Assembly: GCA_046726415.1 (NCBI GenBank)
Contig: JBKPAK010000143.1
Location: 1-38,818 of the forward strand
DNA from: Candidatus Methylomirabilota bacterium
GTDB taxonomy: Bacteria; Methylomirabilota; Methylomirabilia; Rokubacteriales; CSP1-6
Direction of reading: 5' to 3'
Length of the DNA stretch: 38,818 nucleotides
Part shown: positions 21,445-30,386 of the stretch, piece by piece
How the letters are laid out: the number at the start of each line of letters is the position of its first letter
Numbering within the stretch: the stretch's first letter is position 1
Program-made: the position numbers and the translations under genes
Notes under the pieces: model-generated
Databases searched by the model: none
The model's input: the letters and a program-made list of their open reading frames with translations, nothing else
What the model was told of the DNA's origin: nothing

Positions 21445-21981
21445 TCAGATGCCGATCGCTGCGCCCACGCCGATCAGGGTGCGCGTCAGTTCGATTTCCC
21501 CGAAGTGGACGATTCCGTGGGAGAGACAGATCTGGCCGATGGCCCGGATGGCGGGCATTTCGCCGATGGGCTTGACGAGGACGGGCTTGTCGAGTCGCGC
21601 GGTATCGGCGCGGACGAACAGCTCGTCGGTGCTGGCCCACACCTTCTGCATGTAGTCCTTAAAGAGTGGAATGTCGCTGATGCGAAGGGCATGGGCTTCG
21701 TCGGTAGACATGCCTGTGCCCTGCGCCACCTTGGGGAGGCCCAGCCGCTCCGCGTACCCACCCTCCATCCACACGGTGGGCCGGCGTTGCTGGATGACAT
21801 AGCGCACCACGTTGTCCTCGGTCCGCGTGTAATGCCACATACCGAAGGCGATGGTGTTGGCCTGGGGATGACCGGTCGGCACCGCGTGAAGCTGATCGGG
21901 AGTGAGGTCGGCGAGGGCGCGGTCCAGCGAACGGTGGAGCCGCGTGAGTTCGGCCTGGATGAACTCGGCAGCGGTCATCAT
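21445..21981 (-). CDS. DinB/YfiT family protein
   Basis: ADLTPDQL, NTIAFGMWH...ED, C-terminal HGIVHFGEI (His triad); AAAGGA SD. Confidence 0.85.
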   Translation of the reverse strand: MMTAAEFIQAELTRLHRSLDRALADLTPDQLHAVPTGHPQANTIAFGMWHYTRTEDNVVRYVIQQRRPTVWMEGGYAERLGLPKVAQGTGMSTDEAHALRISDIPLFKDYMQKVWASTDELFVRADTARLDKPVLVKPIGEMPAIRAIGQICLSHGIVHFGEIELTRTLIGVGAAIGI

Positions 21982-22096
21982 CGTCGGGCTATCCTTTCCG
22001 GGGCATACACGTCAGGGCCGCCCGCCGTGGGCTTCGGAAGTCTCGGCGGGGAAGCTCACGCTGGTCAAGGGCAAGCCTTTCGGGGATCATGATGCC

Positions 22097-23269
22097 ATGT
22101 ATCCCCACCAGATCGAGCGATTGACGCATGCGGTGGAGGCGGCTGGCGCCGAGGCCTTGGTGGCCATCTCGGCCGCGAACGTGGCGTACGTAACCGGCTT
22201 TCGCAGCCTTGCTCACGCGCTCTTGGGTGCGCCCCACTTCGGTGTCTTCACCCGCCGCGGAACGGCGCTGGTAGTCCCGGCCGTCGAAGTGCCGGCCGTG
22301 GTCGCCGACGAGGTCGATGTGAACCACGTGGTCTGCTTCGGAGAGCTGGGCACCGCAGCCATCGAGCCAGCGGGCGCCACCGGTCGCCGGATGCGCGCGG
22401 TGGTGGCACGGTGCGCTCCCACCGCGGAGGGCGCGCTGGCCTGCGCCCTCGAGGCGCTGGAGCTTCGCCGCGGGACCATCGGTCTCGACGAGGACCCTCT
22501 GACCCACGACCGCCGGAGCCGCCTCACCGAGGCGCTGTCGCCGTTCCGGATCGTCAATGGCTCCGCCCACCTGGCGGCGGCGCGGCGGGTCAAGGCGCCC
22601 TTCGAGATCGAATGCCTCAACCGCGCCCTTCGCGTCGCCGAGGAATCGCTGAACGAGGTGATCCAGATCCTCAAACGCGGGGTGACGGAGCGCGAGGCCG
22701 CGCTCGCCTACCTGAGCGACGTGGTCAAGCGGGGGGGCGAGGCATGTCCCTCTGTGATTACCATGGGTGAGCGCACCGGCCTTCCGGTAGCGTGGCCGAG
22801 CGAGCGCGCGCTGCGTCCGCGTGAGTTGGTGTGCTTCGACGTCGGCTGCGTCTTCCACGGCTATGTGGCGCGCGTCGGACGCACGGCCGTGCTCGGCGAG
22901 CCCACTCCGGAGCACGATGCAGCGCATTCCGCAATCCTGGCGGGTCTGGACGCGGCTCTTGACGGCATTGCGCCCGGCCGCGCCGCCAGCGACGTGTTCG
23001 CCGCTGCCGTCGAGGCCATGCGTGAGCACGGTCTCCCTGACGCGACGGGTGGGAGCGTGGGCCATGGGATAGGCCTCGAGCGGATCGAACCTCCCACCCT
23101 GGCTCCCGGGAAGGCGACGCCACTCGAGGTCGGCGAAGTGTTGACCATCGATCTGGCGCACTACGCGGTGGGCGAGATGGGCTTTCGCACGCGAGAGACC
23201 GTGCTGGTCACGATCGGCGGCGCGCGGGTCCTGAACCGCTCCGCCCGCGGTCTGGTCACCCTCGATTGA
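22097..23269 (+). CDS. M24 (Xaa-Pro peptidase/creatinase) family protein with degenerate metal ligands
   Basis: NVAYVTGF creatinase N-domain, RRVKAPFEIE, FDVGCVFHGY, GHGIGL; ATG 22097 chosen because the longer ORF overlaps dinB. Confidence 0.88.
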   Translation: MYPHQIERLTHAVEAAGAEALVAISAANVAYVTGFRSLAHALLGAPHFGVFTRRGTALVVPAVEVPAVVADEVDVNHVVCFGELGTAAIEPAGATGRRMRAVVARCAPTAEGALACALEALELRRGTIGLDEDPLTHDRRSRLTEALSPFRIVNGSAHLAAARRVKAPFEIECLNRALRVAEESLNEVIQILKRGVTEREAALAYLSDVVKRGGEACPSVITMGERTGLPVAWPSERALRPRELVCFDVGCVFHGYVARVGRTAVLGEPTPEHDAAHSAILAGLDAALDGIAPGRAASDVFAAAVEAMREHGLPDATGGSVGHGIGLERIEPPTLAPGKATPLEVGEVLTIDLAHYAVGEMGFRTRETVLVTIGGARVLNRSARGLVTLD

Positions 23270-23298
23270 CCGGGCGGGGCGAGTGGCGTCGCTCCCCG

Positions 23299-24468
23299 TC
23301 ACGAAAGACTTCCGAGTTGGTACAGCTCGAGCGCATTCTGTGACAGGATCCGGCGGGCGGTCAGCCGGGCCTCCTCGACGCCCCAGTTCTCTCGCGCGCC
23401 GAGCCACGCCAGCGCCTCGCCGAGACTCGCCCGTGCCCACTCGGCGGACAGGGTGAACAGCTCTGGCAGCCCACCGAGGTCGGAGCCGTAGAGAAGCTTG
23501 CTGGAAGGGGCGAGCGACAGGATTTCGATCAGTGGAACGACCGCCCCTGCGCCAAGGAAGGGGAGGGCGAGCGAAAGGTCCACGTAAACCTGGGGCCACA
23601 CCGCCGCCAGGAAGCTCGCCTCTCGGACGTACGGGTACGCCTGGTGAAGCACGACCAGCCGCACGCCTGTCCAGCGCGGGTTCTCGAGGAGGGGACGCAG
23701 TAGCAAGGGATTGGCCCTGAGGAGATCGATGTCGGGATCGCCGAAGCCGGCGTGGATCTGCAGCGGACGACCGGTGTCACGGGCAACGTCGAGGGCGATC
23801 TCGAGGAGCGCGTCGAGCAGCGGCTGGTCAGTCAGACGAACGGTACCGCCCTCTCGGGCCGCGTGGGCGGCGCGACCATAGGCCGCGCCCACTTCCTCCG
23901 CCGGCCATGCCCGGATGGCGAGCCCCGAGCGATAGGCGACGATGGTCTTGAAAGCCACACAATGCTGGGCGGACCGGAGCAGTTCCTCCCGGAACGCGCC
24001 CAGGAAATCGCCGACGCGCGATGCCGCGACCAGCAGCGCCTCGGCGCAGGTCTCGATGCGAAAGACTTCGTGAACGGCGCACGGCAGGAGGGCCCGCATG
24101 TTCGGGAGGCTCATCGCGGCGGGGGGATAGCCGGTGTCGACGAGGAGGACTTCCACCCGCGCCTCCCGCAGTCCGCGCCGCGCCACGTCGCGGCCTCGAT
24201 CGCGCCGGGCCGCCAGAACGGTCTCCGCTGCCGGAGCCACGCCGAACTGGCGGGCCAGGTCATGAATGACCCGACGGTAGTAGCGCGTGGACGATGCGTG
24301 CGCCGGCATCGCACCGGCGCGCGCCTCAGTGAGCAGATCGGGTAAGCGCGCCGGATCGACGATCCAAGGGTCGGCCAGGAGCGGGTGGCAGTGGCCGTCC
24401 ACGATGGGCAGATCAGACAGCTCGATGCCCGGGGAGAGCGATCCGGTCTCGTCTGGCCGCAGGCCCAG
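23299..24468 (-). CDS. Amidohydrolase_2 family protein, FluG/NodGS N-terminal-like; probable CTG start at 24468
   Basis: LPIVDGHCHP, LLVDTG, FKTIVAYRSGL, PLQIHAGFGDPD, VVLHQAYPY, KLLYGSD; AGGAGG 6 nt before the CTG. Confidence 0.88.
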   Translation of the reverse strand: MGLRPDETGSLSPGIELSDLPIVDGHCHPLLADPWIVDPARLPDLLTEARAGAMPAHASSTRYYRRVIHDLARQFGVAPAAETVLAARRDRGRDVARRGLREARVEVLLVDTGYPPAAMSLPNMRALLPCAVHEVFRIETCAEALLVAASRVGDFLGAFREELLRSAQHCVAFKTIVAYRSGLAIRAWPAEEVGAAYGRAAHAAREGGTVRLTDQPLLDALLEIALDVARDTGRPLQIHAGFGDPDIDLLRANPLLLRPLLENPRWTGVRLVVLHQAYPYVREASFLAAVWPQVYVDLSLALPFLGAGAVVPLIEILSLAPSSKLLYGSDLGGLPELFTLSAEWARASLGEALAWLGARENWGVEEARLTARRILSQNALELYQLGSLS

Positions 24469-24545
24469 CGGGTACCTCCTCGTCCTGGTGGGACTTTACA
24501 GTCGGAGCGTCTCGCGGGATATAGTCGCGGATCCTTATAACACGC

Positions 24546-25149
24546 ATGGAGACGCCCCCGCCGCTCGCCTCGGCTACCGCATTCGCCCGGACGCCGCTGT
24601 TCGCGCACCTGGGTCGCATCGATCTGGCCAAGCTGGCCGGCGAGCTGGAGGAGCGGCGCTTCCGGGCAGGCGAGACGCCCTACAGACTGGAGGGAGCTTG
24701 GGGCTCCTCGTCTACTCCGGGGTGATCCTCAGCTTAGGCGAGGTCTTCGACGCTCTCCACATCGACGCCTGGCTCGCCTCGTTGGTGCGGGGAGGCATGC
24801 CGGCCATGGCGAACGATTACGGCTTCGTGGCCGCCGTAGCCCTGGTCGCCTTCGTCCTCCGGTTCCTGGTTCCGTGGATGACCTTGGCCCCGTGCTTGTC
24901 CTGGTGACGATCCCGCTCGCCGAAGGGCTGGGCGTTCATCCGTTCGTGCCGCTGCTGGTCAGCCTGATCGCCAGCGACCATACCTTCCTGCCCTACGTGA
25001 ACGTGGGGTACTCGATGCTCTACTTCGCGAGCGACGGCGAGCCGTTCAGCCATGCCCAGGCCCGGCGGCCGCTCATGGTGGAGGCGCTGATTCGCCTCCT
25101 CGCGCTGGTGGCGAGCGTCCCCGTGTGGCGTCTGATGGGATTGCTGTAG
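24546..25149 (+). pseudogene. Internally deleted, frameshifted cNMP-binding domain + DASS/SLC13 permease fusion
   Basis: ATG 24546 gives TPLFAHLGRIDLAKLAGELEERRFRAGET (cNMP N-terminus), joined out of frame near 24680 to GLLVYSGVILSL...; second shift near 24888; ends FLPYVN...FSHAQAR...SVPVWRLMGLL* (DASS C-terminus). Confidence 0.8.
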
Positions 25150-25372
25150 GACGGGGCCCGACCGGGCCCGATACCCGACGCTCGGGCGCCGCGGCGCCTC
25201 TCGACGCTTCCTCTGCGCGGCCAATAGCGCCCATTGGCCACCGCCACGTCTGCGACGGCTGAAGTTCCCGAGCTCCATTGCGGGCTAGAATAGCCGCCGT
25301 GTTCGAGAAGGATGCTCTCGCTCGCCATCTCCCTTGCGTTGATCGCCATCGCGACGGTCCCGGGCCATCTGC

Positions 25373-26767
25373 TCAGTATTTATAGAAGTGCTGGTCGATT
25401 TCGAAGGCCACGCCCTTCCCCTCGAAGGCTCGCACTTCGGAGCGCTTGACGGCGAGGTACTCGCGGAGGAGGACGTCGCCGATAGCATCGCGCAGTACCT
25501 CGTCGCGCTCCAGGGCGTCGAGGGATTCGCCCAGCGAATGCGGCAGGCGCCGGATGCCCCGCTGCGCGCGCTCCGCTTCGGAGAGGGTGTCCGGGTCGAC
25601 GAGGGTCGGGGCGCCGGGGTCCAGCTTCCGCTCGATCCCGTCGAGGCCGGCGGCCAGGAGGCCGCCGAGGGCGAGGTACGGATTGCTGGAGGCATCGCTT
25701 GGCTTCAGCTCGAGATTGGTGGACTCCACCTCGCGGCCCCGCCGCTTGGAGGGAATCCGGATGGCCCCCTCGCGGTTGTCGGGGCCCCACGCCGTGTAGG
25801 CACTCGACCAGAACCGCGGCTGGATTCGCCGGTACGAGTTCACGCTGGGCGCGGTCAGCGCAAGCAGCGCTGGCAGGTGCGCCATGACGCCCCCGATAAA
25901 GCCGTAGCCCGCCTCGGAAACGCCGTAGCGGTCGTGTGCGTCGTGAAAGTGGTTTCCGCCGTCCTGGAGTCGCCAGAGGCTGAAGTGGATGTGGGCCCCG
26001 TTCCCGGCCTGGTCGGGAAAGGGCTTGGGTGCAAATGACGCGACGAGGCCGTGCTTGGACGCCACGCCGCGAGCCGTCTCGCGCAGGGTGATCTGATTGT
26101 CGGCGGCGCGGAGCGCCTCGGCGAAGCGCACGGGCAGCTCTTGCTGCCCCGGTCCCAGCTCGGCGTAGTACTGCTCCGGGTGGACGTCCTGCGCGAGGAG
26201 AGCGTCCAGGATCTCCGACATGAGGAGGGCCGCATTGTCCATCCCGATGGTCGAGAAACAGTTGCTGGAATCGAGGGGAACGTAGCCCTGTCCCTCGCGC
26301 CGGGCCAGGCTGAACTCGTTCTCGAAGGTGGCGCGAAGAATGAGACCCTGACCGGCCGCGCGGGCCGTCATGCGCTTGAGGAAGCTGCGCGGGCACGCCC
26401 CCCACGGCTCGCCGTCGAGGGTGCGCATGTCGCAGAGCAGGCGCGCCGAGCGCGGCAGGTAGGGCAGGATGGCGAAGGTCGTGGGGTCCGGGGCAAGCCG
26501 GATCTCGCCGACGGGCCCGAACGATCCCTCCGGCACCAGCTGGTCCAGCATGTTCATGCACTGCATAGCGACGGTCAGTCCGATGCCCGACACGAGGTAC
26601 GAGTCGAGGAATTCGGTGGCGCAGGCCTTGCCGCGAATCACGCTATCGTTGCCGCAGTAGAGGAAACGGACGAGCTGGATCTTCTCGTGACGGCACTGCC
26701 GCACGATGTGCCGAATGCGCCGCTGTGCTTCGCGCTCCTGGCGCGCTTGTTCCTCCGTCATGGTCAC
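25373..26767 (-). CDS. Glutamine synthetase-like gamma-glutamyl ligase (FluG/NodGS C-terminal-like); start GTG 26767 or ATG 26761
   Basis: GPVGEIRLAPD, CPRSFL, FENEF, ELGPGQQE, PKPF..AGNGAHIHFSL, NSYRR, WGPDNRE, ELKPSD..NPYL. Confidence 0.93.
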   Translation of the reverse strand: MTMTEEQARQEREAQRRIRHIVRQCRHEKIQLVRFLYCGNDSVIRGKACATEFLDSYLVSGIGLTVAMQCMNMLDQLVPEGSFGPVGEIRLAPDPTTFAILPYLPRSARLLCDMRTLDGEPWGACPRSFLKRMTARAAGQGLILRATFENEFSLARREGQGYVPLDSSNCFSTIGMDNAALLMSEILDALLAQDVHPEQYYAELGPGQQELPVRFAEALRAADNQITLRETARGVASKHGLVASFAPKPFPDQAGNGAHIHFSLWRLQDGGNHFHDAHDRYGVSEAGYGFIGGVMAHLPALLALTAPSVNSYRRIQPRFWSSAYTAWGPDNREGAIRIPSKRRGREVESTNLELKPSDASSNPYLALGGLLAAGLDGIERKLDPGAPTLVDPDTLSEAERAQRGIRRLPHSLGESLDALERDEVLRDAIGDVLLREYLAVKRSEVRAFEGKGVAFEIDQHFYKY

Positions 26768-26911
26768 TCCCTCCTAACGTCGACTCGCCAAGACGCTGGC
26801 ATGCTACCTTCGTCGCGTCAAGGGTTGGGGGCAACCATAGCGTGCAGGTCAACGGCACCGGCAGGTCGGCGGCCGGCGTCGACGGTGACTCACGCAAGCG
26901 TGGAGGCAGCC

Positions 26912-28552
26912 ATGCGGGACAGAAGGGCATTCCTGGCGGGCGCCGGAAGCGGGGCGGTCGCTCTGGCCGTCGATGGGTGTTCACGTGCCGCCTGGCCCCA
27001 GGCCGGCGCCCCGGACCTCCCGGTTGGATTCACCCGCTTGCGCGTCGTCGAGGGCACGCTCACGGTGGACGGCAAGACGGGTCTGGCCTATCGCATCCAG
27101 CAGGATGACGGCACGCTGGGCTATACGGGCGCGAAGGGCGGGCGCTTCCGGGTGGCCCTCGAGAACGCCACCAGGGATCCGCTGTCCATCCACTGGCACG
27201 GGCTCATCCTCCCCAACGGCCAGGACGGCGTGCCGTACGTCACCCAGCCTCCCATCAAGGCTGGCGAGCAACGGCTTTACGACTTCCCGCTGGTGCAGGC
27301 CGGAACGTACTGGATGCACTCCCACTTCGGCTTCCAGGAACAGCCGATGATGACGGCTCCCCTCATCCTCCGCGATCCGCGCGCGGCGCGCCCCGAGGAG
27401 CAAGAGGTCGTGGTGATGCTCAACGACTTCACCACGCGCGATGCCGCAGCGATCCTGGCTCAGCTGCAAGGGCAGGGGGCCGTAGGCGCCAAGCCGGCGA
27501 TGAGCATGCCGGGCGTGAGCTCGGGCACCTCGGGCCTGGGGATGCCCGGCATCGGCGGAAACACGTCGGGTACGAGGATGTCCGGCACGGGCGGGGGCGC
27601 ACCGGGGACGGGCGCGTCCAGCGTCGATATGGCGAAGGGCGGAACCGCGGGCGGGAGCAAGATGCGCAGCACGAAGATGGCCATGGGTGGCCGCGACCTC
27701 AACGACGTCAAGTACGACGCGTTTCTGGCCAACCGCCGCCCCCTCTCCGATCCGGAGGTCGTCCGCGTTCTTCCCGGGCGCACCGTGCGGTTGCGGGTCG
27801 TCAACGCCGCCAGTGCCACGAACTTCTTCGTTCTGACCGATCGCCTGCGGGCCGAGGCGGTGGCCGTCGACGGCGAGGACATCGTCCCGTTCCCAGGCAC
27901 CTCGTTCGAGCTGGCCATCGCGCAGCGCATTGATCTGCGCCTCTCGATCCCGCCTGGCGAGGGAGCCTATCCCATCGTGGCTCAGGGCGAGGGAACCGAC
28001 ATGCTGGCCGGCGTCGTCCTCGCGACCCCTGGCGCAACGATTCCCACGCTTCGCACCAAGGCGAGGAAGGCGGCGGGCGCTCTAAGCAATGGTCAGGAAA
28101 CGCGCCTGTGGGCGGTCCGTCCGCTGCCATCTCGGCCGGTCGATCGCCGCCTGCGCGTCACGCTCAACGGTGACATGGCGCGCTATGTGTGGTCGCTCAA
28201 CGATCAGGTCTGGCCGAACATCACGCCGCTTCAGGTGAAGCAGGGCGAGCGTGCCGAGATCGCCTTCGTCAATGAAACCGCCATGGCCCACCCGATGCAC
28301 GTGCACGGCCACGTCTTCCAGGTCACCGAGATCGATGGGACGAAGATTCGCGGAGCCGCGCGCGACACGGTGCTCGTCTTGCCCCGACAGACCATCAAGG
28401 TGCAGTTCGACGCCGCCTACGCGGGCTACTGGATGATCCACTGCCATGTGCTCTACCACCAGGCGGCGGGCATGATGACGGTGCTGCGGTATGAAGGGTT
28501 CACCAACGACGCCTACAACCCACTGGCCAGCGTGGCCGAATACCGCCGCTGA
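26912..28552 (+). CDS. Three-domain multicopper oxidase (CopA/CueO-like), Tat-exported
   Basis: GGAGG SD + ATG 26912; DRRAFL Tat motif; HWHG, WMHSH, HPMHVHGH, HCHVLYHQAAGM; Met/Gly-rich linker. Confidence 0.95.
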   Translation: MRDRRAFLAGAGSGAVALAVDGCSRAAWPQAGAPDLPVGFTRLRVVEGTLTVDGKTGLAYRIQQDDGTLGYTGAKGGRFRVALENATRDPLSIHWHGLILPNGQDGVPYVTQPPIKAGEQRLYDFPLVQAGTYWMHSHFGFQEQPMMTAPLILRDPRAARPEEQEVVVMLNDFTTRDAAAILAQLQGQGAVGAKPAMSMPGVSSGTSGLGMPGIGGNTSGTRMSGTGGGAPGTGASSVDMAKGGTAGGSKMRSTKMAMGGRDLNDVKYDAFLANRRPLSDPEVVRVLPGRTVRLRVVNAASATNFFVLTDRLRAEAVAVDGEDIVPFPGTSFELAIAQRIDLRLSIPPGEGAYPIVAQGEGTDMLAGVVLATPGATIPTLRTKARKAAGALSNGQETRLWAVRPLPSRPVDRRLRVTLNGDMARYVWSLNDQVWPNITPLQVKQGERAEIAFVNETAMAHPMHVHGHVFQVTEIDGTKIRGAARDTVLVLPRQTIKVQFDAAYAGYWMIHCHVLYHQAAGMMTVLRYEGFTNDAYNPLASVAEYRR

Positions 28553-28596
28553 CCTGGATCCGGGGCGTGCCTTTCTGACGATGTGCAGTGTCGAGG

Positions 28597-29442
28597 CTAT
28601 TTCACGGCGCCGGCGGTGAGGCCGGAGACGTAGTAGTCGAGGAAGAAGACGTAGAGGATGACGATGGGGACGGAGCCGAGGACGGCCCCGGCCATGAGCT
28701 GGCCCCAGAAGTAGATGTCGCCCCGGATCAGCTCGCTGGTAATGCCCACGCTGGCCGTGATCTGTTCGGACGACGTGGTGAAGGTCAGCGCGTAGATGAA
28801 CTCGTTCCACGAGAGGGTGAACGCAAAGAGCACCGCGCACACGAGGCCGGGGATGGCGATGGGCAGGATGATGCGCAGCAAGGCCTGTATGCGAGTAGCG
28901 CCGTCCACCATCGCGCACTCCTCGATCTCCTTGGGCACGGTGCGGAAGTAGCCCATGAGGAGCCAGGTGCAGAACGGGACCAGGAAGGTCGGATACGTCA
29001 CCACGAGCGCCCACTTCGAGTCGGCCAGCCCGATCCAGTTCACGACCTGAGCCAGCGGAAGGAAGAGCAGCGAGGTCGGCACCAGGTAGGTGACAAAGAT
29101 CCCGGTCCCGAAGCTGCCGACCCCGAGGAATCTCAGCCGGGAGAGCGCGTAGGCCGCGACCGTGCCCACCACCACCGAGAGCGTGGTGGCCAGCACGGTG
29201 ACGAGCAAGCTGTTCTTCGTCCAGGTGAGGAAGGCCGACTCCCCCAGGAGCTTCGAGTAGTGCTGTAAGGTCGGGCCCTGGCTGATCACCAGCGGGGTGG
29301 CGTGGCGGTCGTACAGCTCCCGGTCCTGCTTCAGGGACGTCAGGGTCATGTGGTAGAAGGGGAACAGCGCGAAGATCAAGAACGGCAGCAGCATCAGATG
29401 CACCGCGACCTTCCAGCCGAACTGCCGCCCGCGCCATGTCAT
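28597..29442 (-). CDS. Carbohydrate ABC permease (MalG-like)
   Basis: NSLLV, PKEIEECAMVDGA, LSWNEF; TGATG coupling at 29442. Confidence 0.94.
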   Translation of the reverse strand: MTWRGRQFGWKVAVHLMLLPFLIFALFPFYHMTLTSLKQDRELYDRHATPLVISQGPTLQHYSKLLGESAFLTWTKNSLLVTVLATTLSVVVGTVAAYALSRLRFLGVGSFGTGIFVTYLVPTSLLFLPLAQVVNWIGLADSKWALVVTYPTFLVPFCTWLLMGYFRTVPKEIEECAMVDGATRIQALLRIILPIAIPGLVCAVLFAFTLSWNEFIYALTFTTSSEQITASVGITSELIRGDIYFWGQLMAGAVLGSVPIVILYVFFLDYYVSGLTAGAVK

Positions 29443-30380
29443 CAGTAGGCCTGCTTTCGCACGAAACGGAGCTGCGCCCACACCACGAAGACCAGCACCG
29501 GGAAGAGATAGAGGGAAATGGCCGCCCCTTCACCGATGCGCCCGCTCTCCAGCCCGATCTGGCGGGCCATGGTCGCGAAGAGATGGGTCGAGTTGATCGG
29601 GCCGCCGTGGGTAAGGACGTATACGATGTTGAAGTCGCTGAAAGTGAAGATGGTCGAGAAGAGCACCACGATGGCCAGGACCCCGCGCAGCATGGGCAGA
29701 GTGATGTACCAGAACCGCGCCATCGGCCCCGCGCCGTCCGCTTCCGCGGCCTCGTAGATGTCCTTGGGGATCGAGACGAGACCGGCCAGGATGGTGATGG
29801 CGAAGAACGGCAAGCCGCGCCACACGTTCACGATCACCACGGCGGTCATGGCGAAGTACTTCTGGCCGAGCCAGTTGGGTCCCGGGGGATCCATGATGCC
29901 CAGCGCGATGCCCGTCCAGTTCACCACGCTGTAGAGCGAGTTGAACATCCACCACCACCCGAGGGTGGACAGCGCCGTCGGGATGACCCACGGCAACAGC
30001 ACTGCCCCGCGGACCAGGCGCTTGAACCACAACGCCTGGTTCAGGAGCAGGGCGAGGGCGATGCCGAGCACCACCTTGCAGGCCACGGCGGCCCCCGTGA
30101 AGACAAAGGCGTTCTGGAAGGTCTGGCGGAAGGCGTCGCTGTCCCAGAGGCTGATGAAGTTCCGGAAGCCGACGAGGTGGCTGGGACGGCCGACGAAGGC
30201 ATTCGAGAGGGCAAAGTAGACCGCCATGGCGAACGGGTACGCCACCAGAAGGACGAGCAGAAACAGCGCCGGCGCCACGAAGATGGGCCCCAGAACGGAC
30301 TCGCGATCGATCAGCTCCCGCAGGCGCACGCTGAGCGGGCGGGCAGCCGCGCGATAGACGCCGACGTTGCCGACGGCCAT
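29442..30380 (-). CDS. Carbohydrate ABC permease (MalF-like)
   Basis: GFRNF, LLPWVIP, WRGLPF, IYEAAEADGA, GGPINST. Confidence 0.94.
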   Translation of the reverse strand: MAVGNVGVYRAAARPLSVRLRELIDRESVLGPIFVAPALFLLVLLVAYPFAMAVYFALSNAFVGRPSHLVGFRNFISLWDSDAFRQTFQNAFVFTGAAVACKVVLGIALALLLNQALWFKRLVRGAVLLPWVIPTALSTLGWWWMFNSLYSVVNWTGIALGIMDPPGPNWLGQKYFAMTAVVIVNVWRGLPFFAITILAGLVSIPKDIYEAAEADGAGPMARFWYITLPMLRGVLAIVVLFSTIFTFSDFNIVYVLTHGGPINSTHLFATMARQIGLESGRIGEGAAISLYLFPVLVFVVWAQLRFVRKQAY

Positions 30381-30386
30381 GCTGGC

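Noticed and set aside
26051-26911. Apparent 287-aa N-terminal extension of the multicopper oxidase
   Set aside because: Overlaps the GS-like gene antisense; the SD and Tat signal place the start at 26912
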